From contig CAYNOY010000001.1 of the NCBI GenBank assembly GCA_964399015.1, forward strand, positions 1-48,508: a stretch of DNA of 48,508 nt, in the 5' to 3' direction. Under the pieces are notes generated by a model. The model ran no database searches. It was not told the DNA's origin and worked only from the letters and a program-made list of their open reading frames with translations. The position numbers and the translations under genes were made by a program. Every line of letters begins with the position of its first letter. Positions within the stretch are counted from its first letter, which is position 1. The stretch comes from Candidatus Woesearchaeota archaeon (GTDB lineage Archaea; Nanobdellota; Nanobdellia; Pacearchaeales; GW2011-AR1). Below are positions 36,488 through 45,053 of the stretch, one piece after another.

Positions 36488-36661
36488 ATGAGATATTTAG
36501 GCAATCTTCAAGAACCTAGAGAAAAGACTCCTGAAGAACAGGAAAAACTTTCAAGAGAATATGGGAACTGGATGGAGAGGCAACTTGCAGGGATGAGAAG
36601 ATGGGAAGAAAAATCTAAGAAAGATGAGGGTAGAGAGTATGCATCTTGTAATTCAATTTGA
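36488..36661 (+). CDS. Small charged protein (57 aa), paralogue of 36738..36869
   Basis: Hand-translated MRYLGNLQEPREKTPEEQEKLSREYGNWMERQLAGMRRWEEKSKKDEGREYASCNSI. A TTTAAATA box lies 30 nt upstream. It shares the RWEE(K/R)S motif with its neighbour. Confidence 0.4.
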   Translation: MRYLGNLQEPREKTPEEQEKLSREYGNWMERQLAGMRRWEEKSKKDEGREYASCNSI

Positions 36662-36737
36662 TAATACTTTATAAATTTCTGAAGATATTGTTGATTTATA
36701 TGGAAATGTTTAAATAATTCTTAGGGTTGGTGATATT

Positions 36738-36869
36738 ATGGCGTGTATTGAGCTTGAAGAATATAATGAGGGGAGAAGATTGGAGCATGAGAAATTTCTT
36801 AGGGATGAATTAAACTCGTCATCAGATGATTTTGAGGATTTGAAAAGATGGGAAGAAAGGTCGAGATAG
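36738..36869 (+). CDS. Small charged protein (43 aa), paralogue of 36488..36661
   Basis: Hand-translated MACIELEEYNEGRRLEHEKFLRDELNSSSDDFEDLKRWEERSR. A GTTTAAATAA box lies upstream. Confidence 0.35.
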   Translation: MACIELEEYNEGRRLEHEKFLRDELNSSSDDFEDLKRWEERSR

Positions 36870-36909
36870 GATTGGTAATATTTATAAATTATTGATGATA
36901 TGGATTTGT

Positions 36910-37149
36910 ATGGGAAAGAAATTATTTGATATGAAGATTTTGGCATTGATTATTTTGATTATACTTTTAGTTTTGGGAATGTTTATTTTGCCTAAGTTGT
37001 ATAAGTCTTTTGATGTGAATGATTTTGAGTCTTGTATTAATGCAGGGAATCCTGCGATGGAAAGTTATCCTAGGCAATGTAGGGATGGTGGTGATACTTT
37101 TGTAGAAGTTGTTGATGGTTGTGGGCAATTTGAGAATGAAGAATGTTGA
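36910..37149 (+). CDS. Small secreted/membrane Cys-rich protein
   Basis: A transmembrane or signal segment KILALIILIILLVLGMFIL is followed by a Cys-containing domain. The ATG at 36910 lies 29 nt after the TTTATAAA box. The ORF-track start is 36892. Confidence 0.4.
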   Translation: MGKKLFDMKILALIILIILLVLGMFILPKLYKSFDVNDFESCINAGNPAMESYPRQCRDGGDTFVEVVDGCGQFENEEC

Positions 37150-37959
37150 TTATTGGATAATGGCTTTAGCTTCGTTGATTATTCTCTTGAGATAGGCGTT
37201 ATTAAAATGTGTTTTTCTTTTTAGTTCATTGAATCTTTTGTTGTCTAGTTCTGTTAGTTCTTTTACTAGAAATATTTTTGATTTGAATAATTGTTCTTTA
37301 GCTTTTTCGCTAATGCTTTTTAATGCTGTTATTGGGTAAAGGTGCTCTCTTGTGATTAATGCTCTTAGGCTATGTTCTTTTGGGTAGTCCCATGAAGTTA
37401 TTCGCATGTTGACACCTTTTGCGTAATTAATTACGTCGGGAGTGCATTTTGTGTTTGTGGCTACCCAAGGATAATTGAAATGTTTTTTTAGATCTAAGAA
37501 TCTTGCGTAGACATAGAGTCCTACTTTTACTCTAGTGTGGATTCCTAGTTTATTGTGGTATTTGCATTCTATTAGAAATTTACCTTCTTTGTTTTTGGCT
37601 TGGATATCTATTTCATGAGTTATATTTTTTCCCTTGAGGATTTGGCCTACTTGGGTTGTGTAGCCCTTATGTTGGAGGATTAATGCAAAATATTCTTCAA
37701 AGGGAAAACCTGATGGGCCTAATTTCATGAGGGATCTTTTTAGGTCGTAACGTGCTCGAGTTCCTTTATCTTTTTTTAATTGTTTTAATGCTAGATTGAG
37801 AATTTTTTCCGTCGGGATGTTGTTATAGACACTTTTTTTTATTTGTTTTAAAACTTGTTGGGTTAGTTCTTTTGATGCGCCTGCTTCTAGAAGACTTCTT
37901 TTTATTTTGTTTTCATTAAAGAGTTGTTTTTCACCTGTAGCTTTTATTACGTAAGACAT
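37150..37959 (-). CDS. ATP-cone domain fused to a PD-(D/E)xK (Mrr-like) restriction-endonuclease fold
   Basis: The N-terminus VIKATGEKQLFNENKIKRSLLEAG is ATP-cone-like. The central HEIDIQA...FLIECKYH matches a D...ExK nuclease motif. Confidence 0.6.
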   Translation of the reverse strand: MSYVIKATGEKQLFNENKIKRSLLEAGASKELTQQVLKQIKKSVYNNIPTEKILNLALKQLKKDKGTRARYDLKRSLMKLGPSGFPFEEYFALILQHKGYTTQVGQILKGKNITHEIDIQAKNKEGKFLIECKYHNKLGIHTRVKVGLYVYARFLDLKKHFNYPWVATNTKCTPDVINYAKGVNMRITSWDYPKEHSLRALITREHLYPITALKSISEKAKEQLFKSKIFLVKELTELDNKRFNELKRKTHFNNAYLKRIINEAKAIIQ

Positions 37960-38058
37960 GTTTGTTAGAGGGGGTGAGATGTTATAAATGTTTTTGGCTA
38001 GTTTAGAAACAAATAAAAACTAGGTAAGCGTGGGTAAAATAAGAAGGGAGGTGATTGA

Positions 38059-38241
38059 ATGAAAAATTTGGATCTGTGGGATATTGCACTGATAAAAATA
38101 ACTATGGTTGCTTTTACATTGTTTGTAATAACCATTTGGCAAGCGGCAATGGATTGGGTGCATACGGTGAATCCTTGGTATTTTTTTGTGGCTTTTGTGA
38201 TATTTGCAATAAGGCCTGTATATAGATACTGGATAAAGTAG
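38059..38241 (+). CDS. Small two-helix membrane protein
   Basis: ORF preceded by the Shine-Dalgarno sequence GGGAGGTGA, which ends 4 nt before the ATG. Confidence 0.45.
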   Translation: MKNLDLWDIALIKITMVAFTLFVITIWQAAMDWVHTVNPWYFFVAFVIFAIRPVYRYWIK

Positions 38242-38277
38242 TTAGTTTGTTTTTTTTGTTTTTGTTTTTTTATATTT

Positions 38278-38367
38278 AGTTCGCTTCATAGAAGCGAAAG
38301 TTTATTTTATGTCAAAATGGGGGGACGAGTCCGACCCATTTTTCTAATCTTATTGAAAGTGTGTTGG
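38278..38367 (+). repeat. Family-2 two-hairpin element, copy C
   Basis: Hairpin 1 is TTCGCTTC:GAAGCGAA. It is followed by AAAGTTTATTTTATGTCA. Hairpin 2 is AAATGGG..CCCATTT. The element ends TTCTAATCTTATTGAAAGTGTGTTG. Confidence 0.75.
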
Positions 38368-38472
38368 TTTAATCTCGATTCTGAATATTTTTGAAGACCC
38401 AATAATTTATATAGTTCAAAAGTCTTATTAATTTGAGAAGGTGATGAAACTAAAAATAGTGGAGCTTATATA

Positions 38473-38862
38473 ATGTTAATTAATAAAAAAGGAGAAATAA
38501 TCGAGTTTATTCCAGTTATTCTTTTCCTAATTTTCTTCATATTGTTATTTGTAGGATTCTTTTATGCTTTTGGGGATACTACTGTAAATGAACTTACATT
38601 TAAAATAGAGGATGGGAAACTAATTTCTTCAGATTTAAATGAAGTTGTTAAAGATAGAATTTCTACATGGGGTTACAGTTATAATAAGGGATTTTATAAT
38701 ATAAAAATTAACTTAAATAATAACACAATAATCACTGCCATTAATACTGGTGCAGGTAAACAATCATATAACATAAATAAATTTGTAGAATGTCTTAAAA
38801 TTGAGATTACTGATTCAGATACTAAATTGATCTTAGATGAAAAAGAGGTTTGTAAAAAATGA
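38473..38862 (+). CDS. Hypothetical membrane-anchored protein
   Basis: ORF with one N-terminal transmembrane helix. It overlaps the next gene by 4 nt. Confidence 0.4.
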   Translation: MLINKKGEIIEFIPVILFLIFFILLFVGFFYAFGDTTVNELTFKIEDGKLISSDLNEVVKDRISTWGYSYNKGFYNIKINLNNNTIITAINTGAGKQSYNINKFVECLKIEITDSDTKLILDEKEVCKK

Positions 38863-39167
38863 AAGCGGATAATGAAAAAATTGCGAGCCTCATGATTAAT
38901 CTTTCAGGGTTGCTTATTCCAATCTCTCTTGCATCCATAACATTTATTGGAACTGGAACTTTAGAAGGCATTGTTAAAAATATTGTAATGGTTACTATTC
39001 CTGCACAAATTTTTCTTCTTTTGGCATCACTTTGGATTGGACTTGGATTATATAACAAAACTAATGAGAATACTATAGAAACTCATATGAGCTATTGTAA
39101 GTTTTGTTTTTTTGGTGCATTAACACTCATCTCGTTGAATCATGTTATAGTCTTGTTTTCTTCCTAA
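38859..39167 (+). CDS. Hypothetical membrane protein
   Basis: ORF with ATGA overlap to the previous gene. Confidence 0.4.
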   Translation: MKADNEKIASLMINLSGLLIPISLASITFIGTGTLEGIVKNIVMVTIPAQIFLLLASLWIGLGLYNKTNENTIETHMSYCKFCFFGALTLISLNHVIVLFSS

Positions 39168-39175
39168 TCTTAAAA

Positions 39176-41572
39176 TTATATTTTAGCGATCTTTTTCTCT
39201 GGATCTTTTTTAACTTTTTGACCTGTATATCTACTTGGTTTTTTGTTGTTGCCGTTGGCATCTAATTCCAATCGTGTTGGACAATTGGGATTGAAGCAAA
39301 AGACCCAAGGGCGTTTGCCTTGTTTTAATCTTATTAACATTGGCCATCCGCATTCTTCGCAATCTTTGCCGGTTTTTTTGATTACTGAACTTGATGGAAG
39401 TGGATATGTTTGGGTGCAATCTGGATAACTGTCGCATCCAACAAAATAGGATTTAAATCTTGGAGTGTATCTTAGTGATAAGAACCCTTTTTTACAGGCG
39501 GTGCATTGTAGTAATTTATTGTCTTCTTTTTCTTGAGCCCATGCGGCTTCATTTGCGCCTCTTAATTCTTTACCAATTGCGACTTCTTGTTTTTTGAAAT
39601 CTTCTGAAATCTTAGTGATTGCATTTTCTGCTTTTTGAATGACTTTCTTTTCTTTGGTTTCTAATTCGTTTTTAGATGCACGAATATTGTCCATGTCTTT
39701 TTCTATTTCTCTTGTTAGATTTTCATCTATGATAACTGACGAGTATTTTTTTAGAGTGTCGATTAATCTTATTCCTAATTCTGTTGCTTTGATTGATTTG
39801 TCTTTGATGTAGTTTCTATCGTAGAGAGTTTCTAAGATGTTCGCTCTTGTGGCTTTTGTTCCTAGGTTCTTTTTTTCTAATGCAGTTAGGATTGAGGCTG
39901 GTGAGAATCTGTTTGGAGGTTTTGTTTCTTTTTCTTCAACGGTTACTTTATCAATTGTTACTTCTCCATTCAGGTCTTTGATTTCTTTAGCTTCCATTTT
40001 TGTAGGATAGACTTTCATCCAACCGGATTTTTTAATTTCCATTCCTTTTGCTGAGAATTTTAATTTGTCTTTTTCTACTTCTACTCTTTTGTTTTCTAAT
40101 TCGGCATTGCTACAATAGCAAGAGATAAATCTTTTGACGATTAGGTTGTAGATTTTTTCATCGTAATCGGATAATTTTTTACTATTGACTCCTGTTGGGA
40201 TTATTGCTGGGTGTGCGGGATCTGATTTTTTTCCTTCGATTGGAGTTTTTCTGCTGACTTCTTTTATTAGTGATGGGAAAAATTCTTTTAGTCGTTTTAG
40301 GACCTTATCAGCTTCTTTTAAGTCTGAAATTTTTTGAGATGATGTTCTTGGGTATGATATTAATCCTGCCAAATATAATTTTTGTGCTACAGATAAGGCG
40401 TTTGAAGGAGTGATGCCATGAAATTTATAGGCTTCTGTTTGTAGCGTGGTCAAATCAAATGGTGCTGGTGGTTGAATAACTTGTTGAGTCTTTTTGGTTT
40501 GAGCCATTGCTTTTTCTCCTTTTAATTTTTCAAATTTAGGGAGTTCATCTTTTTTTGTTATATCTTTATTGTGTTTAACTTCTAGTGTGTTTTTGTTATC
40601 ATTTATGTCTAAGAATATTTGCCAATAGGGTGTTGGCTTGAATGCTTGGATTTGTTTTTCTTTTTCTACGATTAGATTTAATGTTGGTCCTTGGACTCTT
40701 CCGATTGACATGACTGCGAATTTTCCGGTGGTTTTAATCGAGTTCATTAGAGCTCTTGATAGGTTGATACCATATATCCAGTCTAGGAAGTGTCGTGTTT
40801 CTCCTGCGATTGCTTGTCCCCATTCGATGTGGTCTTGTCTTTCATCAAAGGATTTTTGTAGTTCTGCTGGCGTTAATGAACTGAATTTCATTCTGCTTGC
40901 GTCTTTTTGATTTGCAAGGAATTTCATTACAGTATAACCTATGACTTCTCCTTCAACATCAAAGTCTGTTGCAATTACTATTTCGCTTGCTCCTGTGACT
41001 AGTTTTTTAATTACGTCGTAATATTTCTTTGAGAAATCTCTTCCTCTTCGAACTGCAGAATTCGGGTACCATCCAATATCAAAAATTGGGTAGTCTGTTC
41101 CCTTGATGTTTTGAGAAATGCAGAATAGATGACCCACTGCGCAACCCACTACGATGTTTTTATTGTTTCTTGTTAATTCGTGATAAGAGACTTTGTTTCT
41201 ATTAGTTATTTTTTTAGCTTTGCCTTCGGATAATGCTGCTGCAATCTTTACTGCTGCCTGAGGTTTTTCTGTGATAATTAATGTGTAACCTTCTTTTTTT
41301 AGGGCTTTTTCTTTGAATACTAGTGGGATTTTCTCGGGTTTCTTAGCTGCTTTTTTCTTGGTCGCTTTTCTTTTTGGGGTTTTCTTAGCTCTTTTTTTTA
41401 ATTCTTTTTCTATTTTTTCAGGGTCTCCAGGAGTTTCAACTGTTTGTAGTTCTTCAACAGAAGGTTTGGGTTTGAATTCTACCTCCACAGTTTTTTTGAC
41501 GTTAGCGGGGTCAAAGACCCTGTATTCGTTTTGTTCAATAGTGTCTGGATTTACCTTTTTCTTTGGTGGCAT
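39176..41572 (-). CDS. topA: DNA topoisomerase I (type IA) with Lys-rich N-terminal extension and C-terminal zinc ribbons
   Basis: Toprim motifs are LIITEKPQAA and DFDVEGE. The active-site region is ISYPRTSSQ. The C-terminus has CxxC...C motifs. Confidence 0.9.
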   Translation of the reverse strand: MPPKKKVNPDTIEQNEYRVFDPANVKKTVEVEFKPKPSVEELQTVETPGDPEKIEKELKKRAKKTPKRKATKKKAAKKPEKIPLVFKEKALKKEGYTLIITEKPQAAVKIAAALSEGKAKKITNRNKVSYHELTRNNKNIVVGCAVGHLFCISQNIKGTDYPIFDIGWYPNSAVRRGRDFSKKYYDVIKKLVTGASEIVIATDFDVEGEVIGYTVMKFLANQKDASRMKFSSLTPAELQKSFDERQDHIEWGQAIAGETRHFLDWIYGINLSRALMNSIKTTGKFAVMSIGRVQGPTLNLIVEKEKQIQAFKPTPYWQIFLDINDNKNTLEVKHNKDITKKDELPKFEKLKGEKAMAQTKKTQQVIQPPAPFDLTTLQTEAYKFHGITPSNALSVAQKLYLAGLISYPRTSSQKISDLKEADKVLKRLKEFFPSLIKEVSRKTPIEGKKSDPAHPAIIPTGVNSKKLSDYDEKIYNLIVKRFISCYCSNAELENKRVEVEKDKLKFSAKGMEIKKSGWMKVYPTKMEAKEIKDLNGEVTIDKVTVEEKETKPPNRFSPASILTALEKKNLGTKATRANILETLYDRNYIKDKSIKATELGIRLIDTLKKYSSVIIDENLTREIEKDMDNIRASKNELETKEKKVIQKAENAITKISEDFKKQEVAIGKELRGANEAAWAQEKEDNKLLQCTACKKGFLSLRYTPRFKSYFVGCDSYPDCTQTYPLPSSSVIKKTGKDCEECGWPMLIRLKQGKRPWVFCFNPNCPTRLELDANGNNKKPSRYTGQKVKKDPEKKIAKI

Positions 41573-41619
41573 AATTTAATTTAGAGATGATGGGTATAAA
41601 AATGTTTTGAGAAGAATTT

Positions 41620-42222
41620 TTAAATCTCAATTATGCTTCCTTTTTTTCCAACGCTGACTACTTTTGTTTTTCCTATTTTTTCGCTTAAGCCTTCTGCTTC
41701 GTGAATGTGTCCTGAAATGAATAAGTCTGGTTGTAATTCATCGATTGCTTTTCTAAGTTCTTTGCTTCCTGCAATTCCAGAGAATTCTGATTTGGTTCCT
41801 GCAGGATTTATATGACTAACCATTATTTTCTTTTCTAGATCTTTAATTTTTTCAAAGTCTTTTTTTAATTTCTTGAAGGTTTTTTTATTATCTATATCAA
41901 AGGACCAATCTGGAGAGCCTATGCCAAAGATTCCTACATCTTGGTATTTGACATAATGATCTCCAACATTTTTTATTCCATAGAGTTTTGTTAAAAAATC
42001 TGCTACTTCTGAGCTTTCCCAATTTCCTGGAACAAAAACTACTTTTTTTCCCTTGTCAATAAATGGTTTTAGAATGTTTTCGGTTTCAATTGCCCCAGTA
42101 ATATCTCCTGCTAAAACTACTAAGTCGACTTTTTCTTTTTCTGCTTTTTCAGCTAATTTTTTGCTTGCTGAAGAGTCTCCATGGAAATCAGATGCTGCAA
42201 GTATTTTGAATTTTTTAGTCAT
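41620..42222 (-). CDS. Metallophosphoesterase (calcineurin-like)
   Basis: ILAASDFHGD, LAGDITG, GNWES and SGHIHE motifs are present. Confidence 0.75.
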   Translation of the reverse strand: MTKKFKILAASDFHGDSSASKKLAEKAEKEKVDLVVLAGDITGAIETENILKPFIDKGKKVVFVPGNWESSEVADFLTKLYGIKNVGDHYVKYQDVGIFGIGSPDWSFDIDNKKTFKKLKKDFEKIKDLEKKIMVSHINPAGTKSEFSGIAGSKELRKAIDELQPDLFISGHIHEAEGLSEKIGKTKVVSVGKKGSIIEI

Positions 42223-42316
42223 AGATTTAAGAATAAGCTTGGATATTTAAAGTTTCTTCTCATTAGATATTATGTATCATAAATAAATTTAAGAATGTTT
42301 TTTGCTAGGTAATATC

Positions 42317-42973
42317 ATGAATTCATGGATGAAAGAGGGGTTAGTTCTTTTGGCGTTGAGTGTGCCTTATGCAGGATGTTCTAGACAACCTGATCCCCCT
42401 AGACTTCCAACTCCAAATGAATTGAGTGCATTGAGAGAATTGAATGAGGGGTTGAGGGATAAATATGAGGATTTGGAGAAAGATTATAGTAAACTTGAGG
42501 AGAAATCTGGTAAAATTAATGATGACAATTGGATTAGAAGTAAACAGATAAAAAGTTTGACTCTTGAATTAAATACTCGGAAAATTATTGCTGAAAGATT
42601 TTTAGTGAGTAAGAGAATTGATACTGCAAATCATGATATAAGGATATTGGAAGCGTTGAATAAAATTGGTAAATATGAAGATGTTTTGCAGAGAAATGGA
42701 TTTGATTCTATATTGATTGCGGAGGGTCATGGAGATTTGGGTCCTACAGAATTTGAAAATTTAAGATTAAGATATGAAAGGGATCAAATCTGTTGGGATC
42801 AGCAAACACTTAGGTTTGATAAAACTCGAAGGGGTTTTGGGCTTGAACTTGAAAGAACTAAAGATAAAAATGCTGAGTTAAGGCATGAGTTGGATGCCTA
42901 TAAGAAATATTATCAAGAGGCTGAAGTTTGGATTAGAGAACGTCAACCTAGTAAGAATCCTTTGAGGGATTGA
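42317..42973 (+). CDS. Coiled-coil lipoprotein-like protein (paralogue of 43020..43439)
   Basis: MNSWMKEGLVLLALSVPYAGCS is signal- or lipobox-like, followed by coiled coil. The ORF-track start is the TTG at 42302. Confidence 0.45.
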   Translation: MNSWMKEGLVLLALSVPYAGCSRQPDPPRLPTPNELSALRELNEGLRDKYEDLEKDYSKLEEKSGKINDDNWIRSKQIKSLTLELNTRKIIAERFLVSKRIDTANHDIRILEALNKIGKYEDVLQRNGFDSILIAEGHGDLGPTEFENLRLRYERDQICWDQQTLRFDKTRRGFGLELERTKDKNAELRHELDAYKKYYQEAEVWIRERQPSKNPLRD

Positions 42974-43019
42974 TTTGTTCTATAGATATATTTAAAAAGG
43001 TATTTACTTCTATAGAGTA

Positions 43020-43439
43020 ATGAAATCTTGGATGAAATCTGGATTAATTGCAATGGTATTAGCTGTGCCTTTTGTAGGTTATTCTATAAGGTCGAATTCA
43101 CAGATGCAAGAAATTCAAAATTTGAAAAATGAATTTGGGGAATTAAGCTGTGAGAATGTTATACTTGAGGAGAAATATGCTATTCTTGAAGAAGAGCACC
43201 TAGCATTGGAGGTTCGATATGGTGGGGTTTCAAAATCTGGAAAATATAAAGAAAGAAAAATAAAATGGTTAGAATTTCAGAAAAAGGTTTTGAGTGGTCT
43301 TGGGGAAAAAATTTTAGAGAGAATGAAAACTAGACGTGAGAATTCTAGGTTGGCTAGATTGAAATTACAAAGAGAATTAGACACATTGAAATTAAAATAT
43401 GATAAAGATGCATCTAATTGGGAAATGCAGGAAGTTTAA
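43020..43439 (+). CDS. Coiled-coil secreted protein (paralogue of 42317..42973)
   Basis: MKSWMKSGLIAMVLAVPFVGYS parallels the N-terminus of its neighbour. Confidence 0.45.
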   Translation: MKSWMKSGLIAMVLAVPFVGYSIRSNSQMQEIQNLKNEFGELSCENVILEEKYAILEEEHLALEVRYGGVSKSGKYKERKIKWLEFQKKVLSGLGEKILERMKTRRENSRLARLKLQRELDTLKLKYDKDASNWEMQEV

Positions 43440-43566
43440 TTTCAAGAAATAAGGAAAAGTTATGAGGTTGAAAATATGAGCTTAGAGGATGAACTTAAAG
43501 CGTATCAGGCTTTGGATTAATTAAATTATTTTATTTTTTTAAGTTCTGTATACTTATTTAGGGTAT

Positions 43567-44865
43567 CTAGGGTTTTCTAGATGTAACCTTTCCTTGGATA
43601 ATTTTAAATTTTGTGTAGGGCAATAAAGCTTTTGGAATTTTTATTGAGCCGTCTTTTTGTTGGTTGTTTTCTATGATTGCTACTAGTGCTCGTGATGTTG
43701 CGATGACTGTATTGTTTAGAGTGTGGGCGAAATAGTTTTTTTTACCGTCACTGATTTTTATTCCCAATCTTCTTGCCTGAGCTTCTTCCATGTTTGTTAA
43801 AGAGGTTATTTCAAAATATTCTTTTCGTCTTGGGGACCATGCCTCTAAGTCACAAGATTTTGCTTTTAGATCTGCTAAATCTCCTGAACAACATTCTAAA
43901 ACTCTGAATGGAATTTCTAGTTCTTTGAAAATTCCTACGCTAAAGTTTAACATTTTGTCATACCATTTGTATGAATCTTCTGGTTCGCAGATTACAATCA
44001 TTTCTTGTTTGTTAAATTGATGTGTTCTGTAAATTCCTTTTTCATCAATTCCGTGTGAACCTATTTCTTTTCTGAAGCACATTGAATAACCGGTTTGTAA
44101 AACTGGTAGTTCTTTTTTTTGTAGGGCTTTGTTTATGAATTGTCCGATTAAAGGATGTTCTGATGTTGCGATTAAGTAGGCATCTTCTCCTTCGACTTTG
44201 TATGCCATTGCATTGATTTCTGCAGTTGAATAAACTCCATCTAAAACTTCTTTTTTTATCATTAATGGGGGTTCAACATAGATGAATTCTTTTTTTACCA
44301 TATAATCTCTTGCGAAATTTATTAAGGCCATATTTAATAATGCTAATTCTCCTTTTAGGAAATAGAATCCTTTTCCTGAAATATCTGCAGAGGTGTCAAA
44401 GTCTAGGAGTCTTAATGATTCTCCTAACTCTACATGACTTTTTACATCGAAGTTGAATTTTGGAATCTGACCATATTTTTTTATCTCAACATTTTCTTTA
44501 TCTGATTTTCCAATAGGAACTGATTTATGAATTATGTTGGGAATTTTCATTATTATGATTTTTACTTCTTCTGCTAATTTGTCTGCTTTTTCTTCTATCT
44601 TTTTTATTTTTTCAGGGATGTCTCCGGCTTGTTTGATTAATGTCTTAGCTAACTTTTCGTCTTTTGTTTTTTTAGCTTTACTAATTTCTAAAGAAATTTT
44701 ATTTCGCTCACTTCTTAATTCGTCAACCTGATATTTTAGTTTTCTCCACTGTTCGTCTAATTTTTTTGCTTTATCTACTAATGGGAGCTTTTCATCTTGG
44801 AATTTCTTTTTTATATTTTCTTTTACTAAGTCTGGATTTTCTCTAATTAGTTTTATGTCTATCAT
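43567..44865 (-). CDS. serS: Seryl-tRNA synthetase
   Basis: The N-terminus MIDIKLIRENPDLV, a coiled-coil arm, and class II core motifs (FRKEIGSHG, TLNNTVIATSR). The start is placed at the ATG at 44865 rather than the ORF-track TTG at 44880. Confidence 0.92.
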   Translation of the reverse strand: MIDIKLIRENPDLVKENIKKKFQDEKLPLVDKAKKLDEQWRKLKYQVDELRSERNKISLEISKAKKTKDEKLAKTLIKQAGDIPEKIKKIEEKADKLAEEVKIIIMKIPNIIHKSVPIGKSDKENVEIKKYGQIPKFNFDVKSHVELGESLRLLDFDTSADISGKGFYFLKGELALLNMALINFARDYMVKKEFIYVEPPLMIKKEVLDGVYSTAEINAMAYKVEGEDAYLIATSEHPLIGQFINKALQKKELPVLQTGYSMCFRKEIGSHGIDEKGIYRTHQFNKQEMIVICEPEDSYKWYDKMLNFSVGIFKELEIPFRVLECCSGDLADLKAKSCDLEAWSPRRKEYFEITSLTNMEEAQARRLGIKISDGKKNYFAHTLNNTVIATSRALVAIIENNQQKDGSIKIPKALLPYTKFKIIQGKVTSRKP

Positions 44866-44880
44866 ATCGTTTGTATCCAA

Positions 44881-44958
44881 GGCACCAAGGTTCCTTAGAT
44901 GTATCCTCCCTTGAGATTACAAGTCATCTTCCCTCTAATAGCTTCCTTCGGAAGTTTA
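44881..44958 (-). repeat. Family-3 leader element upstream of serS
   Basis: On the minus strand: AAACTTCCGAAGGAAGCTATTAGAGGGAAGATGACTTGTAA, then a 23-nt insertion, then GGAACCTTGGTGCC. The element ends 15 nt before the serS ATG. Confidence 0.7.
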
Positions 44959-45053
44959 TCATGTTCAGATAATTGTCTATATTTAATAATAACTTAAGAA
45001 ATTAGTATTATTTAAAGTTTCTTCTAAACATTTAAATATTAGTTTTTTGTTTT

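Noticed and set aside
44881-44958. T-box or other known riboswitch as the identity of the serS leader
   Set aside because: T-boxes are bacterial, and I see no specifier-loop/T-box architecture. The loops do not match the guanidine-II, preQ1 or fluoride motifs that I can recall. I leave it as an uncharacterised leader.
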